The notes under the pieces: generated by a model
The model's input: only the letters and a program-made list of their open reading frames with translations
Databases searched by the model: none
Told to the model about the DNA's origin: nothing
DNA from: Paragordius varius
Lineage: Eukaryota; Animalia; Nematomorpha
Assembly (NCBI GenBank): GCA_964247055.1
Contig: OZ176055.1
Coordinates: 8,804,001 to 8,868,000 of the forward strand
Length of the DNA stretch: 64,000 nucleotides
Direction of reading: 5' to 3'
Translations under genes and position numbers: made by a program
Part shown: one piece after another, positions 1 to 11,975 of the stretch
Layout: each line of letters opens with the position of its first letter
How positions within the stretch are numbered: position 1 is the first letter of the stretch

Positions 1-442
1 TTTCTAATTCTAACACTTTGATCTATATTACATAGAAAATATAATTATTTTTTCTATCTATTTTACCGTTAACATTTCATTAAATAAATTTTTAAGAGTA
101 ATCTAGGGTTTAATTTGTAAAAAAGATATGATAAAATATTTTGTCTTACCATATTTATTTTATCATTTTTTCGAAAATACCATTTGTATCCAATAAGTTA
201 ACAGCTGATTTTAACAAAAAAGTTTTATTTTAGCTAAAAACCATATAAATTTTTTATTTTCAAGCTTTATATGCAATGCGAAAACCCCCAAATAATATTT
301 GCAAACAAAATGTTTAATGTGTTATAATTTTCATATTTTTCGATATTGTTGCAAAAAGATGCACATTTAAGCCAAATATCATATACGTTTTTTGAAATAT
401 ATTTAAAATGGAAATCACCCCCAGAGCATTCAAATAATATAC

Positions 443-1115
443 CTGTGTTTCCATTTCCAACATTTTAGCTTGGTGCATGGTTAAATTGGTTAAATTAATT
501 TCCATATTCCGTTGATATAGGGTAATGTACAAGGATTGTAGGGATGAAAGTATGGATTGAATTTTGTCGTTTATAATTTTTGATGTGGAATACATATGAT
601 GATAGTTTTCATCTAAAGTTTCTGTGGTTTGAAAAAATATTTTGATTTACAATCTTTTAAGTAATTAATGATTTTACAAAGAATATATATGTATTAGGAT
701 ATTGAAATTTTTTGCTGGGATCTATGATGGCTACCTTTTGTCAATAATATCATAAATTTAAAGGCTATAAAAAACAGGAAAGTAAAACCTACGACTCATT
801 TTTCAGAGATCGAAAGAGAACTAGTTTCCCTTTGTAACATAGTAAAAAAATTTTTTTGTAAAGGTCTGCATTCATATGAAATTTTCTTCCACTGATTTTT
901 CAATTATACTTTAATCTATATATTTATAAAAATGGAAAATGCTGGCTTTGTGATCTGGTACCGGAAAACCGGTAGACACATTCAAATCCAAACTTCGAAA
1001 AAATATAATCATTAATGAATGCCCCGACAATAGCTTTGCACTTTTTTTGAAATAGTCCCCCCCAGAAGTCCGAAGGACTTCCTCGCGCTGCTACGCAGCA
1101 CGAGATTTACGCTAG

Positions 1116-1156
<41 letters not shown>

Positions 1157-4100
1157 GTTTGTTTTGCCTACAAATAATATTTTTGTTTCAGCTTTTTCGT
1201 TTTTATTTGTATAATTTAATCGAGAAGGCATTGTTCTTGTAATTAATTATTTCCGATAAGCAAAATATTCCAATAAAAGGTCAGAAGACAGTATTTTTTA
1301 TTTTGTTTCAATTAGTAAAATATATAAAAGTATTTAATTAAAATGGAAAAATGAAACATGCCAAGAATAGTTAATAAACAGATTAATTAATATTTCCTAA
1401 CAATTACTTAAATAAACACGTATAAAACTAAAATTTAAACGTGGGTTAGAGTTTCTTAAAACTCATGCATATACCCTATTTTTATCTCAGGATATACTCA
1501 AATGATCAAAATTATCACATTAAAATGGTTTAACCTAGATTTTTACAAAAAAATTTATATGTAATATACCTTTAATATTTGTTGTCGAGATTTTCGTTTC
1601 TAATGAATCGCATCTTTTTGCAATTTGACTATTTTTAACTTTGGCTGACCAAATAAGATGGGCCAAATTTTTGGTGACCTCTTTTGCCAACGTTATAATT
1701 TCTTCAAATTTTATGGACGTGTCCACCTTCTTATCTGTTAGTTTGTGCACATTTTCGCTACCAAGAAAATTTTTTTAAAAAATAAAGATAAAATCCTTTT
1801 TAAGGTCTTTTAAATATTATTCTATAAAAAATATATATTAATTTGTACATTACCTTAAAATACCCCAGAGAAAAGGTGATTTTAATTAAAATATGAAGTT
1901 ATGCGGGCAAAGCGTAAAATATATGGACAAATATTTTTTGTTTTCTAAAAGAAAACAAAATTCTTCTAAATTGAAATATAATATATTTAAAAATTTTCAC
2001 AGTATTAAGTAGAATTGTATATTGGTAACACAATCAGTTATATATTTGACATTAATTAAATAAGCTATAAAGAAAATAATAAGGTTTAAAAAAGTATGGC
2101 TGTCTTTTATTCAAAAAAAAATTTGTTTTATTACGTTTTATCCTACGTTTCATATCAATTTTTAGATGGAAATTAAAACAAAGAAAAAAAAATTTACAAA
2201 TGTAAAAATCATGATATTTCCAAAATTTAAACACAAATAACTAAAATATATAAATTTCTTTAAAATATCTTTTAAAATATTAATACATGAAAAATGTTGC
2301 ACTAATCCCGACAATTTTAGCAGCTGAAAAGAATCCTTGATTCCATTTATCACCTCTGTAATAAAATTTGATAGTTGGCTGTTTGCTATTGTCATTCATT
2401 TGCGCTTCACCATTGTTAATGTTATTGATAATAAAATCTGGTATTTTATTTTTTTCAAGCTGATATAGGGTGTTTTGAAACTTTGCAGCTTGTTCAATAA
2501 ACAATTTGACATTCTAATAAAAAAATTACTAATTTATAAATATCAAAAATTTTTTATTTAATTCATAATTAATACAGATTATTGCGCTATTGCTCATATA
2601 AACAAGTGGAAAGAAAGTACAATCATTAAACATAAATTACAATATAATTAGAATACATAATCTTTAATAAATGAAAAAACACAAATATTTTATAAAAAAC
2701 ATTTTCATTTTATTTAACCATTTATGTTAATAAATGTAGAATCACCAATTTTAAATTACAATCACATTTGAAATTAATTAATTTCCAAAGCGAAAAATTA
2801 AAATTGTGAAACATTGTGATATTTAAACAATTCATCTATAATAATTAAATGATGATAGCATCCTCTATTTAAACCAGGGATCTTCGAGGGACACATTAGT
2901 AAAATATTCTGGTGAAAATTTTTTTAGATTTGACCTGTAATGCAAAACTCTACTATTTATTTCACCAATTTTTCCTAGTACATTGCAAAATGGAGAGATT
3001 TATTTAAGAAAATAATGATATTTTCCCGCGTATGCCGGACACCTCGTGATTTAAACAAAGCTAAAAATATACTTTATAATTATTTAACAAAAATTATAAA
3101 CATAAAAAATTTTGTACATTATTTTCAAACATACCTGCATTAATATTAAAGTTGAGGGGACTCCATCCGACAACCTCTCAAAACAACTTCTTAAACACCT
3201 AAAACCATTTGCGCACAAAACAAGCTCATCCGTTAAAAACAGTTCCGATTTTATTTCCAAAATTAAAAATTTACAAATTCAAGACACAGACCTCTTAGTA
3301 ACACTAGATGTAGAATCACTCTTTACAAAAATACCCAAATCAGAAATTATGGCTATAATAAACAATTTTACACAAACAGGTCTTAATCCTGATATACCAA
3401 AATTGATCCGGATATGTCTATATAATACATATTTTGTTTTCAATAACGAGTTTTACCTTAAAAACAATGGTACACCAATGGGACTAAGCATATCACCAAT
3501 CCTAGCAGATATCTATATGGAAAACCTGGAAAAACAGATATTTAACAGTTCCGAATTTCTCCCTACCATATGGCTACGTTATGTTAATGACATATTTGTT
3601 ATATGGCCCCACGGAGAAGACAGGTTACGTAATTTTTTTGATCATATAAACAAAATGAATAAAAATATTAATTTTACCATGGAATACAATAATACCTCTA
3701 TAAGTTTTTTAGATACATACATTACCAAAACACCCGATGGCCATCTCAATCACACGATCTATCGCAAACCAACCCACACCAACCTCTACCTAAACGCTCA
3801 CTCACACCACCACCCAGCTCAAAAACACTCAGTTATTAAAACACTCATCCATAGAGCCTATGACCTGACTAGCATCTCTAACCACAGAATTATCAAATCT
3901 CAAACATACGTTCCAACGAAATGGCTACTCCAAACAACTTTTTAATAAAATTCTTCACAAAACCTCAAATAAAAAAGATAACAATTTTGTATCCACAGCC
4001 ACCTTACCTTTCATTAATAATGTTACCACCAAAATCGGTAATATTCTCAATAAATTTAATATCCGTACAGTGTATAAGCCAATGACAAAACTGATCAACC

Positions 4101-7100
4101 TAATCAAATACAAAGATCCGATACCCAAGAACAGACTACCTGGTATATACAAGGCCACATGTTCATGTGAAAGCGTCTATATAGGTGAAAGTGGTAGAAG
4201 TATAGACGTCCGTTTACGTGAACACTCCCAATACATTCGTCTTAATAAACCGACCTCAGGTTTATCTGAACACGTTTGCAAGGAAGGACACTTCATTGCG
4301 GACACCAAGGTGATTACAAATATAGAAAACTACAACAAGCGTCTCATACGCGAGTCAATAGAAATTAAGAAAAACAATGCATCACTTAATAGGGACGATG
4401 GCCTAATATTGTCTCCTATTTGGAATTATATATTAATAGAATAACAATATCACTTTAATCAATCCACTATAATTATCACACATCCATAACACTTATCATA
4501 TTTATGTCTTTGATAATGTTGCAAAGGTAATTGATTTTTTCCAATATACAATAATTTTTAATGTTACTGGTTTTTTCAACAATTACCTATATCACACTAT
4601 ATAAGGCATCTTATTACGTTACAATTCATTTAATATTTTTTCGATAAAGACTTTACTATTAAAGTCGAAAATTAAAATATATATTTATATTTGTACGCAT
4701 TTCAGCTTAATTTTTTTTAATAAATACCTGCATTAATGTTGTAGCTAATTCCAACAATTTTTTATCATCCATATTGTAGGAAGGGACCTTGATAAGCAAC
4801 GAAAGTTTTTGTTCCAAATGTTGACTAGATTGACTAATTTTAGCGTATAACTCTTCAATCTCCATATCTAATTTTGCTAATGGAAAAAAATACGGAAATT
4901 TTATTTAAGAATATCATTTAACCCCTAAACAATTCAAATTCACCCTTGAATGAAAATTCACCCTAAAAATAAATTGTCTGTTTTGGGGCTAATATAACTC
5001 ATCATTAATATCAATTAAATTATTTCTTTAAAAGTATAGTTTATTATTTTTTCAGTCCTATGTTAAGTTTAAAAATTTTCTTTTTTTTATAAAATATAAA
5101 TAATTATTTATATTCAATAGCACATTTATAGGGTAAATTTGAATTGTCCCAGAAGATTTTAATTTGTTTAAAGGTGATTTTTATTGTTCAAAGGTTAATT
5201 TCAGGTGTAAATGGTGTGTCAAGTTTTAATGACATATTTTTATTATTGGTTTCAGCTATGTTTTTGATAAACTTTAAATTACAATAAAAGTATAACCAAA
5301 TAAAGTATCAGTGTAATGAAAAAAATCATATAAATAATGAAAAGCACTTATGTTTTCTTTTTGGCTTCATAAAAAAATTTATGATTCTAATTTAAGTTGT
5401 ATTATTATGTAGATATAATTACAATATAAACTTTTTGCGAGTAATTTATTAAGAATTACATTGATTCGTTAAATGATGATCCCAAAAGCTAGATTATTTT
5501 TAGTGCTATTTTCCTTAATTTCATATAAATTATTATCATAAAAAACAAAAAATTCTAAACCTATTTCTATTTTTTGAAAATCTCATCCTATATGTGGTGA
5601 GTAAATTCATATTATTGACCTACCTTCATTTTCTACTAAAGTCTCATTAGGTCCTTCAACTTGAATTTGGGTTAATATCCCATTATCCTGATTTTGAGGA
5701 TTAAAATCATTATGTGCATTCATCATTATTTCCTGAATAACTTTATTAAATTGATCGATAGATTCTTGTAGTGTGGCATTAAACATTTTCCACGGTCCAC
5801 ATATCATATAATTTTGTGTTGTCCCCATTGATATAAGGGTTTTAATTCCATTTTCCATAGTTTTTACCACATTTTTTGCTACTTTAACGATGTTTTCGTA
5901 ATCCTGTTTATTAGGAAAAATCCTAGAAGAATCAAAAACGGTAGAAATATGTTGAGATTTATCATTATTATCTTCAGTGAGTTCAAGATTGACCATTTCA
6001 AAGTCCTCATTAATATTATGATCTTTTTCGTCTCCAAATTGAGTTATATAATTGTTGAGGATGGTACATATGAATTGAACCTATTAAAATATATTTAAAA
6101 GAGATTTTAGCATACTACATTGGAGAATAAGATTTCAAGTAATCAAAGTAAATTATAGGCTAAATAAGAATATATGCTCAAAAAAAACACATATATATGA
6201 GTTTTTATATTTACCAATTGAATTATGAACACTTCTAAATAATTAAAACTTTAACAAAACAATCGTTTAATGTTAATTTATAAAAAATTAATGACGTATA
6301 CGAATATAAAAAATATTTATTTCAGAAAAAAATAAAATTAAATAACTATAAACAAATGTATGTTGAACAACAACTAGTTTTTTAAACCTTGGCATTTTAT
6401 ATAATTACCGTTTCAAAATAAAGGAATAAAGATGAGCTTGTAAAACACTCAATTATATAATAAAAATTGAAATTATATAGTTTATTGATAATCATAATTA
6501 TTAAAATTTAGCTATTTTTGTAAAACATTGTCTTTTAGTTTTAAAGTTTTTATGATTTCTTTTTATAAATTTTCTTTTTCTTATATATACTACTTACTTT
6601 AAAGTTTATGGTTAAAAGACGGTAACAATAAGTTAACAAATTGTCTAAAAAAGATGACATTCCGTTTTCACTATAATTGTTGTTTGTTTTCATTTCAGAA
6701 TTGAGATTTGCATCATTCTTAGAGAACAGTGTTGAATTATTCATAAATTTAGATATACTTTCTATTAAAGATTCGCATAAAACTAAATCCAAATTAGGTA
6801 ATTGGCTTAATTTTAAATACATGATATATAATTGATCATGGTTGATATTATTTTTGTAGCTATATGTTATATTATCGCCTGTGGAATCGTAAAACATTTG
6901 ACTAGATTGAGTGAGTTGATTGAGTATGCTTTGTAGGAATGTATCTTAAAGTTTGAAAAAATGGGTTTAAAAAATTTAAAATTTATTCGAAATCAAAAAC
7001 TTAATCAAAAAATAATTAAGGAATCCAATATTTTATAAAAATAAAATAAAACAATATTTACGTAAAAAATTTAATAAAAAATATTAAGGTAAAAATTATT

Positions 7101-10100
7101 CAAAACCAAAAACTTAACTAAAAATTCTAGATTTTATAAAGTATCTTAAAATAAAACAATATTTAGGTAAAAATTATAAACATAATTTAAACATATTTAA
7201 AATTTAGTTGAATATGGAAAAATTAACGAAAAATAATTATAAAATAAATATATATATTTAGGAAACAATTAAAAAAAGCTAAAAATTTATTTAAAATTGC
7301 ATATAAACAAAAAAATATATGAAAGAGCTCACTAAGGTAAGTTATTATATAGGGCGTTTCATTAAAACCGCTAAAATTTAATGGTAAATTGGATTGTGTT
7401 GATTGATCTTGTCGCGTACTATTTTGCTATAATTCAATCAAAAAAGTAATAATTAATATTGAAATTTTGAATAAAAGCTTTATAAAATATGTTTTTTTAA
7501 CACTGAATATTTTTTATAATAATATTGATAAAAATTTACTTTTAAAATAAAATATAGAAAAGTTTGTAAAAAAATTTTTTTAAAATAAAGTATTAAATCA
7601 TAAAAATTAACTTTCAACAATTTGAAATGAGTATTGCGTAAATTGTCATACATTCCCTTCAACGTGTCATATCGATATTTGTAATTGTCGTATAAATCTT
7701 TGCAATATAAGAAGAAAAAAACATAAAATTGATTTTAAAAGCATAGCAACTAGGAATAGCACCCGGGAAAACTAATGTTATTAAAAAAAATTTAGATTAA
7801 TCATGGTCAACCATTTTTTAAAAATGAAATTTATTTCATTTTATATTTTGGGATGTTATTAGATATACTAGCTGCACTACTTCAAGAGTGTCCTTGAACA
7901 CTTTAAGTTGGTCTTTGAAATCAAGTTGGTGCTTGAACATTTCATGTTAGTCCTTTGACTTTTTTGTTTTGTTTTTAACTTTTAACGATCAAATCATGTA
8001 TCATTCATCTATTTTATCATTTTTAACCTATTTTCTTGATTTAACCAAATTTTTAAATCACCTTTGATCATTCAAAAACTGTATATCTCTATTAAGCTTT
8101 TAAAAAATATATTAATTTTAATGAGATAAAAATATAAGTTTTCTGGGTTATTAGTTACCAATTTTCGTTGAAAACATTTATAATTAATAATATTTTTGAC
8201 TTGAAAAAAATTAGTTGGAAACAAAAAATTGGTTTTTTAACCAAAATATTAATTTTAAATGAATAAATATATATCATAAATCAAAAATTAGGTTAAATAA
8301 TAATAATAAAATAAAAAATTTTTAAATCCAAAATCAATTTTAAGAACCAACTAGTGTTTAAGGACCAACTTGAAGCGTTCGAGGACACTCTTTAAGTGTA
8401 AATGGTATAAGGTAAAAACAACCTTTATAACGAGTATCCTCTTTTTGTGCCAATGAGGGATTATTCAACAATTGGATTAGGGAATCGGTCGTATTTACGC
8501 CGACATCAAGCGAAATTTTCCTCAGTTTACAATCATTCTTATCTAATTTAAAGAATAAAAATAAATTTTAATATAAATTAAATTGTATAACTTACTTATA
8601 AAATTGTAAAAATTAGATAAAACTACCAAATATTAAATTAATTTTATCATAAATTTATTAATTTTAATTGGACTTTGATTGGGTCTAACCAGTTATGTTT
8701 TAATAATGTAAGATCGTTTTGCAACAATAACAAATTAAAGAATTAGATCTTAATGACTTTTAATTTAAATATATAAAACGGAAAGGTAAAAAATATGAAT
8801 TTAATGCAAAAATTGGTTTGCTAATTATCATATATAATTAAAATTAATAGATAGAATAAAATCAATTTGAGTAGTTAATTTTGTTATGTTCTATTTAGTT
8901 AGGATTGTTTAAATTTTTGGTATAATTAACTAGTTTTAACCGCGAATAACTATATTATTACGGAAAAACCGGTCAATATTATTACGGAAAAACCTCAAAA
9001 AACCTAGCCCCACATTTAATTTTTTTACCATTTTAGTTTTAATACTCAATCCCTAAAATATATTTATATTATTTTATTAAAACCTTCTTCTTTACTATAA
9101 CCATTTTCCGATAAAGTATCATTGTTGGAAATTGTTTCGTTATCAGAATTCTTGGAATTATTTGATGAGATTGATTTTGTCGTAACAACAGACGGAATAA
9201 TAAAATCAGTTTTAGCGATTCCATTATGGAAATAGGGTTGTTTCATAAGCTCTTCATCATCATAATCAGCATTTTCCTCATTAAATTTTTGAGATTCCTA
9301 GTGTAAAAAGTTAAAATTATAAACAAAAAATATGTAAATGTTAAACTCGTAAAAATTAGATTTTTATGATTTTTTATTCACAACTAATTGATAAAATAAA
9401 TTTTTTTACATTTTTAAACTATGTACATAATATCTATATTTTTGTCATAATGAAAGCCTTGTTAAAAAAATATTTTCTGTGTTTAGTAGAATAAATATCA
9501 ATTTTATAAAAATTTTACGATTTAATTTTTTAGTTTTATTTTACATTTTCGATAACTTGTAGTAATCGAAAATTAATGCATAACTTTAAAATAATTTCCA
9601 ATTATTGTTGGAATTAATAATTCCAATATTAAAAAAAATTAGGGATACGTTTTTACGATTATACGGTAATTTTTGTCTGTTGTTATATACCATTTAAAGT
9701 TCAAATTCACTCTTGGCCAATTCAAATTTTCCCTAAAATAAATTATGTGTTTTATAAAATAAAAAATTACCCATGTTTTTTTTTATTTTTAAAAAATGAT
9801 ATTTTGTTCTGAAAAATAATAAACTATGTAATGATAGGTTATATTAGCCCGAAAACACATATTTTATTTTTAGGGTGAATTTGAATTGTTCGAGGGTGAA
9901 TTTGAATTGTCCAAGGGTGAATTTGAATTTAAAATGGTATAATAAAAACCTTTATACCAATCAATGGTACTTAATACTTTTTGTAGCCAAAAACAATTAG
10001 ATAAAATAAAAATGTCCATAAATTTAATTATTTTGAAAGCTAATAATTGCGTTGATAAAAATATAATTGATAATTATGAAATTATGGATCTAAATCAAGC

Positions 10101-11944
10101 ATAAAAACCAACAAATTACTGATTTACTAGGGTGTTGATTTTGTGTTGGTAAAAGTATAGAAGTAAGCAGAGTTATATGTGGATTATCATTGGAGCTTTT
10201 GGAAGTGGTCATATTGTCATCAGAAACAGCTGTTAAACAAAAAAATATGTTTAAAACAATGTCATAATTGATTAATATTCTTTTTCCGTAAATTGTGATA
10301 CATTTTATTTTAAATAATAAAAATATTTCAATCCCATTTTTCAATTTTGTATAAATAAATCAAATATTAAAAAACAGAGCATAAATTGTCAATTAAATAT
10401 TAATACTATTATGAAAACCGTGTAAGGTATCAATTGAAAACCTTACACCATAATTTAATTTTTAAAATAACTATTTTAAGTATACCATTTGGAATTCAAA
10501 TTCACCCTTGAACATTTCAAATTCACCCTAAAAATAAATTAGTTTTCGGGCTAATAAAACTTATCATTAATATAAAATATATTCTTATGGCATTGTTTTT
10601 TATTTGTCAATATAGAAAATTTCATAATTTAAAAAATATAAAAAAATATAGGTAATTTTTAACTTTAAAAAACACATAATTCATTTTAGGGTGAATTTAA
10701 ATTGTTCAAGGGTAAATTTGAACTGTAAATGGTATATAAATCTCAAAAATTTCAATATTTTTATATCATATATACTAACATTGTTGATCTGAAACAGATA
10801 ATGTATCATTCTGTAAACTGTATTCCATTAAAGTTTCTTGGGGTAATCGTTCGTATATATGGGCACCCCCCACATCATTAAAATCAGATTTTATTCCCGG
10901 GTTGCATTTTGAAATTAATTGACTTTGTTCATATAGTGTTTTATTCAAACCAATAAAATTGTCCTTATAATTAATGGCATTTGAGAGTTTTGTTGAAATG
11001 TTAGAAGAAGGAGTCGTCTCAGAATACGTTGGAAGCGATGATTTGCGCAATAAAAAATTGGGCATCTAAAAAAATTTATGCAAATAAAAACACATATTGT
11101 AAATTTTTTAGATATTAAAATGAAATCTAAAAATACAGTAAAAATTAAAATTATACGGACAAAACGTGAAAATATAAAGACACATAATATTTTTTTCTAA
11201 AAGACTACCATACTTTTTTAATCTTTATTTTTAATAATTATAATTCATTGTTTTAAACTACAAAGTATAATATAGAAATGTAAATTGGTAACATCATTAA
11301 TTGTATATTTTACAAATATAATTTCTTTTTTATAGGATAAATTAAGTTTAAAAAAAGTATGGTTGTCTTTTGAAAAAAAATATTTGTCTTTATAATTTTA
11401 TATTTTGTCCGTATAATTTTAATTTTTACTGTATAAACCATTCACATTTTTAATTTACTCTTAAACATTTCAAATAACCACCCTAAAAATATGTGTTTCT
11501 GAATCATAACTCAGGATTAAAAATATATTATCATTTTTTAATTTTATTACCATAGTTTGTAAATTAAATACTCGTGAATTTTAATTGTTGTTTATGATAA
11601 TAAAAAGATTAATATAATAATTAAAACAAGGACCTGATATACTTACTCATCCAAAATAAATTTAACGAATTTTCGAAAATACATATGTATAATATAAAGT
11701 ATGATATAATTGGATCAATATATAATTTATCAGGTGATTTTTCAATTGTTTAAGGGTTTTTAAATCTAAATTGTATATATTAATATTATCTTTGTAAAAA
11801 TTAATAATTTTATCCATAAAACAATATAAAATCAAAGGATAAAACTAATTCAAAAAAAATATCTGACCTCCGTTAATTGAGGGATGGCCACCAAATTTTT
11901 CAAATACTGTAATCGAATACAATTTTGGAAAAATTTCTTTAATC

Positions 11945-11975
<31 letters not shown>

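Larger units (their letters stand above)
3145..4723 (+). mobile_element. 5'-truncated Penelope-like retroelement (RT + GIY-YIG), antisense in a HIP1 intron, with 14-bp TSD
   Basis: RT motifs GTPSDNLSK, LVTLDVESLFTKIP, GTPMGLSISPILADIYME, WLRYVNDIF, ISFLD, IYRKPTHTNLYL; GIY-YIG motifs PGIYKATC-C-VYIGESGRSIDVRLREH, RLIRESIEI. Direct repeat ATACCTGCATTAAT at 3131-3144 and 4724-4737; AATAAA at the 3' end. Confidence 0.93.

Noticed and set aside
3955-4158. 67-aa minus-strand ORF
   Set aside because: Antisense to the Penelope coding frame.
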